Of a DNA stretch of 64,000 nt, positions 12,709-25,527 are shown piece by piece (the stretch's first letter is position 1; the number at the start of each line of letters is the position of its first letter). The DNA comes from Octopus vulgaris (Eukaryota): NCBI GenBank assembly GCA_951406725.2, contig OX597828.1, positions 5,766,001 through 5,830,000 of the forward strand, written 5' to 3'. The position numbers were made by a program, and so were the translations under genes. The notes beneath the pieces are model-generated. The model was given only the letters and a program-made list of their open reading frames with translations. It was not told the origin of the DNA and did not search any database.

Positions 12709-13724
12709 AAGGTTAAAAAGAACTGAACTTTTCCATTCAATATATATGATGTTAATAAAAATGAAAATTCGCAGAAATATGGTGAAAAAATATACAGTAC
12801 CACATGTCTTTCATTGTGTAGCCTTCTGCACCCATCATAGGATCTTGAATTGATATTTATTGACATGATCTTCAGAAATTAGTAATCGATATTTAACTGA
12901 GACATTCATAATGAACAATATAAACATCAGAGTTTTTATGTATTTTTTTAAACAAGTGGTTCAATCCATAACTGAGGTTAACATATAATTTATTATCAAT
13001 GATTGAGAAGCAAGCGTTTAATGTCAACTTATGTCTCAATTAAGTATTTTTTCTTTATTGATTCGTTGTTGTGGCGTCGTTCAAGCATTTTATAACGTGG
13101 TAAATTCATTCCCGCCTAACTTGAATTGCGTACAACATGGGACTTGATGTATTCAAATCTGATTTATAAATGTGTAATATTCGTTTGCCTAATGATATCC
13201 TGATTTCAAAATCTTGGTTTTCATACATCCATAACATGGTAATAGACAGATTAATGTCTATAGCTGTATGGTACCGTCGTATTTGAAAATATATATCCAA
13301 TTGTATTCAGTGAATGAAAATTTTCGAAGTACCTAACAGACAAAAGTTCGTGAAGTTGACTGAAATGAAGAAGGAAATCAAAAATTTAAATACAGTTATA
13401 TATGCTTGGAGTTTCTTCATTGGAGAGCATAGGCAAACAATTCACATATATACGTTTTAATATGATATAATGGCCACGTTTATTTCAAATACAATTTTCG
13501 TCTTCGTGCATTGTAGCATAGCATATTGTCCTCTGACTTGCATCCTTATCCATCTTGACATTAGGACATACATACAATATCACTGGAAAAAATAAAATGG
13601 TAACCACCCATGTCAGTTTCCATGCGATTTTGAAGACTTCATCACTGAGTGAATACACTTTTTAATTATCCACTGCTTATAAAAAAACTTATCATCATGC
13701 CTTTGAGTCACACGAGACGGCGTA

Positions 13725-14996
13725 TATCAGGTCATCTCATAAGTTCTGTCCGAATTTTGAATAAAGAATTGAAATTTAATCATCAATGTACTTTGCCTGA
13801 TTATCTATTACTTCCTTCCATCTATTTATACGTTGTTGTTTTTTTTTTATCCCAACAATGTAAAACTCTTTTGGCTTCAAAGCGAAGAACTCTGAAATGT
13901 CAGTTTCGACCTCCTCTTGGCATGTGAAAGTTATGTCCCCCAAATGATTCTGTAAACTACGAAAAAAATGGTAGTCTGAAAGAGCAAGTTCGGGAGAATA
14001 AGGTGGACGAGGATTTTTTTCCAACCAAGCTCTTCGATCTTCTGTGATGTGATCTTTGCAGTATGGGGTCGCGCATTGTCCTGATGAAACATCACTCCTT
14101 TTCGATTCACTAAAGCGGGTCTTTTTTTCTTCAAAGCTTGGTTCAAACGCCCTAATTGCTGACAGTAGACTTGAGCATTGATTGTTGCATTAATTGGTAG
14201 CAATTCAAAGTGAATTAGTCCTTTGCAATCCCACCAGATAGAGAGAAGAACCATTTTATCCATGAAGTTCCCTTCTCGGTTGTGGTTGAGCTTTTCCCCT
14301 TTTACCAAGCCACTGTTTACGACGTTTAACATTTCGGTAGAAGTTTCATTTTTCACCAGTCACAAGTATATCCAAAAAGGGTGAAATGAGTTCGCGAGAA
14401 TGGAGAGAAGAACAGATGCCAACTCGGGTTTGCGGTTGCTTTGGGGAAATTCATGACGCACACATTTTCCAAGTTTAGGAACCCTTCCAAGTTGTTGACG
14501 ATGACGATGATCAGTTTTATGATTTGAACTAAGCTTTATTGCCAATTCTTCAACTATTAATGCTGGAATTTCGACAAGTAATGCCTCAAGGAGCTTATCA
14601 TCAAACTCAACTGGACGTCCTGTTCGATCTTCATCTTCAGGGCTGAAATCTCGACTTCTGAATTTTGCAAACCATCTTCTGCAAGTTCTTTTCATTCAAG
14701 CATTCTTTCCCATAAACTGAGTGTATGTTTCGAGTCCCTTCGCCTGCAGAGTTTCCTTTTTGGTACTCATAAAGCATTATGTGCCTCAAATGCTTTTTGG
14801 ATACTACCATGTTAGAAAGGGATTTAATCAGAGAAATTTTAATTCTATTATTCTGTACAATAATATTTGATTAGTTTAAATGTACACAAATGCATAAAAT
14901 TAATTATTAATTCTATTAGACATTCTTAAATACTATTAAATTTCATTCAGTTTTAAAAACTGTAAAATCGGACACAACTTATGGGATGACCTTCTA
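13725..14996 (-). mobile_element. Near full-length mariner (DD34D) element, transposase frameshifted
   Basis: TIRs TATCAGGTCATCTCATAAGTTCTGTCCG.. and ..CGGACACAACTTATGGGATGACCTTCTA, flanked by TA. Transposase pieces in ORFs 14360..14695 (RRWFAKFR..EDEDRTGRP, GKCVRHE), 13931..14356 (LSIWWDCKG, HQDNARPH) and 13776..14024 (PPYSPELALSDYHFFRSLQN). Length ~1.27 kb. Confidence 0.93.
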
Positions 14997-17562
14997 TAAT
15001 ACATTCTTGGCATCGGAAAATCTTGATGCAATACTAGTGCATTTAAAAAACCTGATCTCCGATGTTAAAAAACAAATACCGTTAATACACCGGTACTGCG
15101 TTCAGCTAAACACAAACAACGGATTGCATAAATTTAATTTTATAATCAATTGTTTTCTGTGGACTGTCGAAATATATTCAGTACTTGATGAAATACCTGT
15201 GTGAAATAAAAATTTGAACGGTTGTTACTTTTCTTGTATCGACGAAGATATTTCATATAAAGACAACATGTTTTCATGTTTATTACACTCAATATTAACA
15301 ACATGCTACAAATATATTTTGTAGAACAGAATAAAATTAAAATACTGTTAAAGCTTATGAGCTTGTCTAAGTATCTGTGTGTGTACACAGGATTGAATCT
15401 CATATTGCTGATGTTTTAGCATATATACTGGCGTTGTGTGTCTGGGTTGCTGAAATTCCATTTCTCTCACTCTCGCATTCGCTTATACTCATTTCTCTCT
15501 CTCGATTTGCACTCTCAATCAAAGCTTAACTGTCTCAGTCTATCACTCCCTTTGTCTCTGTTGGATGACATTTATCCAGAAGCTTTCGTTTTCACACGGT
15601 TATTAATTGTCTTGAATTTGCTTAATGTAATTAATTTCACTGCGTAGAATCTAGTTTAGTATTAAACTATTGCTTATATTTCTTCCTCTAAACATTTAAT
15701 GATGGAAATCTCCCTAAGTATTCTCGTTCCTCTCGTAAATATCTAATTTATACAGATGGGAATTGTTATATAACTGCATAATTTTTAAGTATGTGAAATC
15801 CCCTCGAAAGTAAATTGTTATATGCATTCACTTGTTGCAGTGTTGATCTAAAAGGCATTTAATCAATGTCTTTCGCCCCTACCTAAATCTCAAACTAATG
15901 GGTATAACGCTTTATCTAGAAAATTACTTCTCTGCATGTACACGTTATGCATCAGGCATAATAAACTTTTGTATGTAAATTCGGAATTGTTGCTAACACT
16001 ATATCTTATATTGTAGTTTGCATTACTTGGTGTATTTTTCTACATAACAGCTAACGATGATACAAGTCTTGATATGTTTATTAAATCCATTTCAATTTAT
16101 TGGAGGTGTTCAGAAATAAGACCAAGTCACAAATAAAGGTTTCCCATAAAACCGTAAATTACTTTCATTTATTGTCGTTTTAACATTATTAACGATATCT
16201 ATCACACCGGATGTATGCACCCAATTTTTCAGGAAAGCTATCTTTCGCGCCATAATAATCAAATAGATATTCCTCCTATAACAATGATGATGTATCAAAA
16301 TTGTTTTTAAACTATCAATTTCAGTATTACAGTTCTTGTTGTCATCAACATGATTATTATTGTAATATTATTTTTAATCGTACCATCGATATCCTTGAGC
16401 AAAATTGTATCCAAATTCGTGCCAGGCGTTGCCATCCATTTTAGTCATCCGTAGATTGTTTAGGACTGCATCATTATAAGCGGTCTTACTGTTTTACGAA
16501 TATAGGCTTGGATTTCATGGTTATTTCAACTTAATTTCTAGTATATCAACTGCAAGTCTTGCCTACTGGCTCCGTTAAGGCAGAAGTTGGTCTTTAGCCA
16601 CTACAGAGCACGAAATAATAATGCCTGAGTAAATTTCTAAAGAAATACGACACTGCACTGCTATAAATTATTCATTAAATTTAAAATGAACCCTTATCAG
16701 TAACATTACTGAGCACAAGCATTTCTGTCACCATCGTTAATCTGAATTTATTCTCTGCTTCTCATGTCCTGGAGGAATGAATTTCTAGATCTATCTCTCT
16801 TTCAATCTGTCAATCTTACTCAAACTGCCAATCTCTCTTTCAAGATTTTCGATTTTGCTTCTAAATTTTTAAACTCGTAATTTTAGACTCACTTCACTTT
16901 GGTTTCTGTCTTCACATCTCCCTCGCTTACCACTCTCCCAACCTCTGCACCATTCTCTTAATCTTTCATGCACACTTACTTCTAAATAGTACGTAGTAAA
17001 TATTTTCCCTCGCTTTAAGCCTTTCGTTCACGACAATATTCACTACACATTTCATATTATTAGACATTTTCACTCTCTATTTATTTGGAGGTCAGACTGT
17101 ATGACTATGTTTTTCTTACAGTCAAGCTCTCAGCGTCTCACTCATATCTCGTTTTCCACTAATTTGCCATTCAAATAGTTCTTTCATTTATACTGATTCA
17201 CATTCACTCAGTATCAGTCAATATTCTCAATGTGACATTCCTTCTTCTCCTTTCATTACATATTTTCAACACTGTAAGTATATTTATAAATCATTTTCAA
17301 CACATTTTCTTTTATCCCTTCCCTAACTTTCCTCCGTCCCCGTTTACTATTATTCATAACTCATAACCGAATAAGACCACTTCTCAAAAACATTTATTTT
17401 CAAAAACGTTTTATTTTTGTTTTCTTTGTCGTCGATTCTTTGATATAACTTTTAAGGTCTGCAAATGGAGGTGCAAGATATTTCACATTGATTACGAGCT
17501 ATATATGTTTGTATGTATGTATGTATGTCTTATGTATACATGCATGTAGGTATGTATGGATA

Positions 17563-17606
<44 letters not shown>

Positions 17607-17705
17607 TGTCAGGTAGAGGGGCTTAATCCCGGAACCATGTGACTGGGAAGCAAGCTCCTTACCACACAGCAATATAAAATATCTATCTATCTATCTATCT
17701 GTATG

Positions 17706-17768
<63 letters not shown>

Positions 17769-17769
<1 letters not shown>

Positions 17770-17945
17770 CATGTCAAGGATAGAAGCAAATACAATCCAC
17801 TGTTATGAAGTGTTTTTCTTTGTAATTACGGATTGTTCATATTTTTAGCTTGTTTGAAATCAGATAAAACAGAAAGCAGAAAACAAAAAACCGCACGTCC
17901 TGATGAATTATGTACAGGTACTTTCAGCCTTTAAAAATGTTTATA
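17769..17945 (+). repeat. 177-bp direct repeat, copy 1 (copy 2 at 19234-19411)
   Basis: ACATGTCAAGGATAGAAGC...AAAAATGTTTATA recurs at 19234-19411 with only about 5-6 differences. Confidence 0.95.
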
Positions 17946-18029
17946 TATTCTAGCAAAAACTGTCCGATGAACGGCAACGGGAAACTCAGAGTAACAGGTT
18001 TTGTTGAATTTTCTGGTGCTTTAAGTAAA

Positions 18030-18082
<53 letters not shown>

Positions 18083-18101
18083 CATACATACATACATATA
18101 T

Positions 18102-19191
18102 TATCGAGGGTGGGTTGTAAGTTCATAGGTTGACTATGAAAGGAGTGATGCTTGGTTTCCTTCCTAGTAAAGTTACATCTGACTGTTAAATGTTGATTAA
18201 AAATGCAACTAGTAACGACACCTCTTGACGATGGACAAACTTTTGCATCCTGGTGGTATTAAGTACATGCAGAAAAGGGTTGTACTCTTAAGGTGCTACA
18301 TTTGGGAATAACGCTCCAGGTTTATCAACAATACAATTGTGAGCGGCTGAATTTAGAAGGAGACCGGAGTGTCTTGAAAATGACCAATGTTTTGGATATC
18401 GCACATCCACCAAGGAAAACATTGATCGTGTTCACCACATGGTGATAGATAAGGAGGGGTTAACTATAAATCAAATAGCCATTGGTATCAGCATATCCAG
18501 TGAGAGAAGACTTTCGGCACAATGAACTTGGTTTTACGAGGGTTTTGCTTGATGGTTGCCACGTTTGGTAGTATTTGTGGCTGATCCAACTGATTTCCTT
18601 CACTAATTCCTAACCCAGGATGAATGTTAGTTTAATCACATTGAACCAGAGACAATATGGTAGTCCATGCAGTAGAAGCGCCCCTCCACACCTGCTCCAA
18701 ATAAGGCAAAGGTCGTTTTATCGCCAGGAAATGCGATGGCTTCAGGCTTTTGGGACGCAAAAGGGCATTGATGCGCGAACCATCAATGGAGAGTTCTATG
18801 CCAACTTGCTTAGGCAGTTACGAACGGCTATCAGAACTAAACACCCACGGAAACTAAGGAAAATGGCCTTGCTTCAGCAGGTTAATACTCCAGCACACAA
18901 GTCCTTGGTTTCAATGGCCGCTGTATCTGAGCGTGGCTTTGAACTGGTTGATCAACATCCATATTCTCTCGATTTAGCCTCATTTCGCTATCTTTTGTTC
19001 CCTAATATGAAAACAAACTTGTTGAGAAGCAGTATGTCCGTGACAGTGACATACCATCCTTTCCCCCAATGGTACCAAAGCACTACAACACCGACGGATT
19101 AAGTGAACTGCTGGGCGGCGGGAGTATGTTAAATAATAAATCTCATATCATCACATTCAGCCTACATACGTTTCCTGCCGACCCTTACGTA
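18102..19191 (+). mobile_element. Degenerate mariner element (second subfamily)
   Basis: ORF 18620..19102 ends in TINGEFYANLLRQLR.AI..K....QVNTPAH...FELVDQHPYSLDLA..YLLFPNMK. TIR-like ends CGAGGGTGGGTTGTAAGTTCATAGG and CCTACATACGTTTCCTGCCGACCCTTACG. Confidence 0.8.
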
Positions 19192-19233
19192 TATATAGCG
19201 CTGCAGCATTTCATTTCTTTTTCGAAATCTTCA

Positions 19234-19411
19234 ACATGTCAAGGATAGAAGCAAATACAATCCACTGTTATGAAGTGTTTTTTCTTTGTAATTACGGATT
19301 GTTCATATTTTTAGCTTGTTTGAAATCAGATAAAACAGAAAGCAGAAAACAGAAAACCGCACGTACTGATGAATTATTTACAGGTACTTTCAGCCCTTAA
19401 AAATGTTTATA
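19234..19411 (+). repeat. 177-bp direct repeat, copy 2
   Basis: Near-identical to 17769-17945. Confidence 0.95.
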
Positions 19412-19883
19412 AATGTAGTTAGTATTATATTCTTGACTACAAACAAATAACACAAGCCGTTTTTGATGTCATCACTCCAGACGGATATTATATATTTCAT
19501 CTGCTATGTCAAATTCCTTTTATCTTTCGTTATATGTTGATTGAAAAAATTTTGGGGCGTATAACAACTTGACTATCACCATCAGTATAAGTACAAAGAT
19601 ACCCCTCATATGATAACATTCACATATATATTCGTATCGATATTGTCGGCCTCGTTGTGTGTATGTCCCTGTATGCGCCCTTTGTGGGTGGAAGGGCAGG
19701 GAAGGTATACTACTTTTTGATGCAATGCGAATACAGTAATATTTAGGAAATTAATATCGAATGACATATTAAACTACAAGGATGAATTCTGCATATCATA
19801 ATATAAACCAGCCAGAGATATCGGAACAATGTGTCTACCAATCACTGAGTGCTGCACAGTTGCTACCGTCGTTGGTACTATTG

Positions 19884-20330
19884 CAGGTAATCGTCGACTT
19901 ACGACCTATCCGACTTATGACCGAATGGTGCACCAGCTCCCGGCAGCAATAATAAATAGTCCAGTTGAAGCATAATGCGTTTAATTTCTTAGAAATTAAC
20001 CCGTCTACGGATGATGTCAGCTAACAAACTCTTCCCTAGGTTTTCCTATCGACCCCCACTGTGGTTATCCCGAGTGTTGGATGAATATCCTGTCGCGGAG
20101 ACATCGAAGCAACTTCATATTTGTTTATAGGACGACTATTTGAGACTCCGAAATTTGTGACTAACTCCAGTATAATAGTATAATACAGAATGTTGCGTGT
20201 GACTTTTACCCGAGAAGGTACCTTAAAAATGTAAAAATGTAAAACAAAGCTATGTAGGGCTATAGGCCGACTTACGACCAAATGTACTTACGATTGGAAC
20301 CAGTTGTGGTCGTAAGTCGACGACGACCTG
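19884..20330. mobile_element. pogo/Tigger-like MITE (non-autonomous Tc1/mariner superfamily)
   Basis: TIRs CAGGTAATCGTCGACTTACGACC and GGTCGTAAGTCGACGACGACCTG, with TA at the right flank and TG at the left. Internal GACTTACGACC-type repeats at ~19912 and ~20268. No transposase ORF. Confidence 0.8.
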
Positions 20331-21074
20331 TATTGGATTTACTGTTGTCATAGATGCTGGTTTTGTTAACTACTGCACATCATGTTTGCTCTATCTTTCC
20401 TTCAGTTTATCTATATTGTGCATGTGCTTGTGTCGTTGAACGTATATGTATGGCTTAGATCATTGACCTTGCTTCTACATATTTGCTATGTTACTACTTG
20501 ATAATTTGTAAATCTATGTGCAGCTATAGCAATTATATAAAAATACAATATGCGTAGCTGCAATGACAAATAATCCACACAGCTAAGTAGTTTGCGATGT
20601 TAATGCTGAGAACGTCAATCCACAATTTGGGACATTAAGCGAATTGTCTGCGTTATAATGACGATCATTTCACTGAAACGCGGGTATATTGTATAAAGCT
20701 TAAAATACCCATTTCAATTTAAGTACTCGATATTACCATATTTATGCATAAACATATACATAAACACACTCTTATACACATACATATACCTAAATAGTTC
20801 TTTATAAAGACGGAAAAATTCACTGAAAAGTATTTCACAGCTCTGTTAATACAAATACAGCAGTTTAACAAAATGTTTTCAGATTGGTATAGAACCCCTA
20901 CTAAACCTAGAGCAATGTCTGCAGTCGAATTCCATCAACAGTCGAATTTGTAAATCCAAAGTTGTATTCCTCACTTAAACTTGTTAAATTGATCTTTTTT
21001 CACAAAGTGGTGTACAACAAAACGCATGAATTGTGGGCTTAACATGTTTCTTTAGTTGTGCATTTTTGACTTAC

Positions 21075-21176
21075 ATCTGTTTCTGATATGCATTATCGAC
21101 GAGAGCATTTGTTAAGGTCGTTCAATATTTTCAGTCGACCAATAGACCGATTGAGTAAACGGAACCATGAACGCAC
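21075..21176 (-). other. Candidate spliced exon (non-coding, or 5'UTR plus first codons)
   Basis: Minus strand has a pyrimidine-rich ...TTTCTGTTAAGTTTTGTAG acceptor, a 102-nt body and a GTAAGT donor. All three frames contain a stop; an ATG-initiated MLSSIMHIRNR runs to the donor. Confidence 0.3.
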
Positions 21177-21296
21177 CTACAAAACTTAACAGAAACGATA
21201 GCAAGTACAAAAGGTACCAAGAATATTTTTAGACCAATTATTTATTTCTCTTCATAAGCGGTTATGTCTGTGTGCGTGTGTCAGTATGCGTGAGTG

Positions 21297-21375
<79 letters not shown>

Positions 21376-22333
21376 ATGTGCGTGTATGCATACATATGAT
21401 CACACAAACACTCACACACATATAATTCAATCTATAAACGTACATACATTTGAACGTGTCTAAATTCGGTGAAACGTGTATGCATACATACATCCATGCT
21501 TAAACGCACATATAAATTTCACAGTGGATGTTTCTCACCACATTTTATTGTATGGTGCGGTTTCTTTTTCAGTCCTTTCTCACTACCTTTCTTCGCATAC
21601 AGACACCCTTTCAACAACAACCCTTACACTATTCCTCTGAATGCTACTTTTCTGTTTTACGGTTTATCTCAATCTCACCTTCTGTTCTTTTTTTTTTACC
21701 GAATTTCCCTCGCACGTCTCCTAGTTCTTATAAATAATATCACACGGAGTCATATATTGTAATTACAAACACAAACGCATGCATACGTATATACATATAC
21801 GCATACAACACAAATAACATAAACACACGCTGATTTGTTTTTGTTTTTTCTTCTTCCTACGTATCCATTCAAGTCTGTCACTCAGCTCCTTTGTTTGGAT
21901 ATAAGATATGTTATCACCACGAGTCAGCGGGTTTTAAACCAGTATTGGCACTTGTGACATAGAGCCTGGAACGTTTAATACAAGTAAGGCTTAATGTTAA
22001 ATAACTTAGGGAAAATGATTAGGGCGAATCATGGGATCTACAGAGATGGAAAAGAGGAAGAAAAGGTAGAATGGTAGAAAAAGGAGGTCAGAAAGATTAA
22101 GAAAGATTTAAACAAAGAAACTGTAAAAGAAGAACTAAAATATGATGAAATGAAAAGATCAAGTAGAAAATAGAATGATGTGAAGAAGAAAGGAGGGAAA
22201 TAAAATTTAAAAATAATAAAATATAGGTAATTAAATATTAGAGAAAGCGAAGAGTTGGGAGACAGCAGTAAAATTTAGTAGAAGATGAATAATATGAACT
22301 ACTGGGTATGTAAACACATGAAGAATTTCAGAA

Positions 22334-22426
22334 AAAGTTAGGAAGTAGAAGGGGGAGAAGTAGAAGAAGAAGAAGAAGAAGAAGAAGAAGAAGAAGATGA
22401 TGATGATCATCATCATCATCGTCATC

Positions 22427-22458
<32 letters not shown>

Positions 22459-22605
22459 CATCATCTTCTTCTTCTTTTTCTTCATCATCATCATTATCAT
22501 CACCATCGTCATCATCATCATCATCATCATCATCATCTTTTTCTTCTTCTTCGTCTTCTTCTTCTTCTTTTTCTTCTACTTCTCCCCCTTCTACTTACTA
22601 ACTTT
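22334..22605. repeat. Foldback inverted duplication centred in a trinucleotide microsatellite
   Basis: AAAGTTAGGAAGTAGAAGGGGGAGAAGTA(GAA)n(GAT)n | (ATC)n/(TTC)n TACTTCTCCCCCTTCTACTTACTAACTTT. The unique ends differ by one base. Confidence 0.85.
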
Positions 22606-22983
22606 GTCACTAATGCTTTTTAGTATAACACCTACGCAAATTCTATAAACAAACTTTTCAATAGAAATATTCTCATGAATTGAACAGCAACTGCTAACCG
22701 CCACTGACCACTCAAAATACGACAATCAAGGCACTCCCAAATTCCCCCATCTTCTTCTTCTTCTTCTTCTTCTTCTTCTTCTTCTTCTTCTTCTTCTTCT
22801 TCTTCTTCTTCTTCTTCTTCTTCCCTACCAAGAATTTACAACGACCTCGAACCCACAAGTATAAACAAGAAAGACAGAGAAAGGCAGGAACAAGGAAAAT
22901 GCCACTTATATTTGAACACTATACAAATATTCTTTAAAAAAAAATTTCTTTTAATTTTTCTAAATTTAATTATTTAATCGTTA

Positions 22984-23021
22984 CAGTTGAAAAGGTCTCA
23001 AAATGACTGAAACCGGTACTG
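22984..23021 (+). ncRNA. Degenerate hammerhead-like motif
   Basis: CAG-TTGAAAA-GGTC-TCAAAAT-GACT-GAAAC-CG-GTA-CTG. Stems and GAAAC/GUA are retained; the CUGANGA core has two substitutions. Confidence 0.5.
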
Positions 23022-23730
23022 AAATGTTCTTTATAAAATAATTTTAGCATTTTCTATCTTGACTTGTTTTTTCATATATATCAACTCGTGTGTTCCTTTT
23101 CATCCTTATATATATATATATATATATATGTATCATGTATGTATATGCACATATATATATATGTGTATGTATGTATGTATGTGTGTGTGTATATATACAT
23201 GTATATATTTATAATTTATATTGTCATATATGTATGTTATATATGTAAATATGTGTTTGTGTGTGTAGTATGTGTGTCTGTGTGCGTGTGTGTTTGTGCA
23301 TTGATGCAAATTATAAATGCGTAACGTAATAGGCCAAACAATCTTACGGAATGTTTCATGTAAATCCTGTTAATCCAAGCAGAACGCTAGGTTTAAAATG
23401 ATCTCACATTGTTGTCCAAAGAATATAGGAAGGATTGTTCAACTGGTGATGTGAATTAAGTAATATCCAATGAAGACAACTGTTACCTGTTACATGAAAC
23501 TTTTACGGTTCACCTGAACAGAAACATAGAAAATTATGTTTACTCTGATAATTGTATATAGTGCTAATAAGGATTAAAATCTCTCGATTTTATCTACTCC
23601 ACAGTCTTGAAATGTCCTTTCTCCTCTCACTATTCCACATCTGAATACCCACTCCCATACATTTAACTCGCCACTTTCAATAATTCCATCTTTTAAATTA
23701 TTTTCTATAACGCCGGAAATTTAAGATCTC

Positions 23731-23806
23731 TTCCTTGAAGAGGGAGGATCTATGATAGAATCAATCGACAAACATTATCATGGATCACCAGAAACAACGG
23801 CTGGAT
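23731..23806 (+). ncRNA. Degenerate hammerhead-like motif with long stem II
   Basis: TTCC-TTGAAGA-GGGAG-GATCTATGATA...TATCATGGATC-ACCA-GAAAC-AACG-GCT-GGA. 11-bp stem II; core and triplet are mutated. Confidence 0.4.
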
Positions 23807-25473
23807 TTGTAATACCTCTTCCCCATTAATATTCTATATCTTTTCTTTTCTGTGTAAGCTGAACCTTTTTATGTGTATACATATATACATTTTTTGTATA
23901 TCATATATATTATAATGGAAAGAGCTGCTTATTAATTACGTATGTAAAATTTACTAAAAGTACTAAAAGAAAGCAGTTATTAAAGGCATGAACGTCTGGT
24001 AAATGTTTTAAGAAATTCAAGTTCCAAGAAATTTCCTATAATTTGGATTTCTGAACTTTATTGAATTTTTGAACTCCAATTTTTCACAAATTTGAATATT
24101 CGTTGCATTCACTGCGGAGTATTCCACTTTCATTTGCAAAATCTCTCACTCTCCATTTCAATGTTTTCATCTCAAGTGTTAATTCGCTATTTGGAAAACC
24201 AACAATTCAAGGGAGGTTTCGCTATTGTTTCTAGCACAACTGTTGTTTCTAGCAAACCAAACCAACGTCCATTTTCATTCCCACATGTATTGATGTCTTT
24301 CCAATATTTTTCTCTCATTAAACACATTTTATAGAATGATGATGCCGAAGTAACAAACGAGTGGTCCGTTGGCAGAATATAAACAATAAAAGAATTGTAA
24401 TCTAAATTTTACCCCCACCTCAATCAAGCGAAGCCGTGTGTGTGTGTTTGTGTGCGTGCGGGGGTGTAGGAAAAATATTTTCTAACAGAAAAGTGTTCTA
24501 TTAAGATGAATTGCCAGCAATTACCTTCTCAGGCTCTCCAATATTTTAATGTTTCAATAGAAAGGGGTAAGGAGTGGGGTTGCAAAAAATTTATAATTTC
24601 ACAGTTTTTATAGCATATATATGTATTTATGGGGGAAATAATATTGAAAATCATTAATATATGCGGAAGTGATAAAGAAATGAGGAGGTATTTCTTCGGA
24701 TATGCTAGAAACAACAGCCAAATATCCCTTAAATTACTCACTTCTCCCTCTGAAAATATTAACCATTTTTTTCTCTTACCGAAATGGCTCCACCCATGGA
24801 TTTGGAGTGCAAAGAAAAAAATAATAATGATAATTGGCTGAAATAGGTCCGAAGTGGGATGATGAGGGGAGAATTGTAAAAAATGTTTTCAAAATTGTTT
24901 TCATACTAAGATGCCCATCCCCACTAAACTCTGAAACCACAACATCTAAGCGGTATTGTAGAAAATTTTGTTAGATATACAATTTCTGGATAGTAAGAGG
25001 CAACAAAGTCGGGGTCGTATACATCTGTAGAAATGCCCTTTTACTTATACTTTTTCATTTCATACTTATTTCGTTCATTTTTGCAATGTTCTCTCTCTCT
25101 CCCTCACACACACACACATACACACACACTCACTGCAAAGCTTACAGATGGGCTGCTGAATTTAAATCTCTATGTTGCCTTGACGGGAAGCTAAAACCTG
25201 ACCAACTGCTCCCCGTCCTTAACTGGACTACCTTGACGTTTGTTTAAGAAGAGAGATTATGACTATGGTAAAATAATGAAAGTAATATTTACTAAGCAAG
25301 TGATCGCTATTTTTCAAAAAATAATTAAACGTAAAATATCATAAAAATTATTAGAATTGGGAATGAAATTTGAAAATATCATCAAGTGCCTAGCAGAAAA
25401 CCCCCTGGAGGGCAGTCTTTATGCTAGTGAATTTAACATACTTTATATGTCTAACTTGTTTTCCATATATTTA

Positions 25474-25527
<54 letters not shown>

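Noticed and set aside
17899-17930. CTGATGA inside the 177-bp repeat
   Set aside because: No downstream GAAA or stem II in hammerhead geometry.
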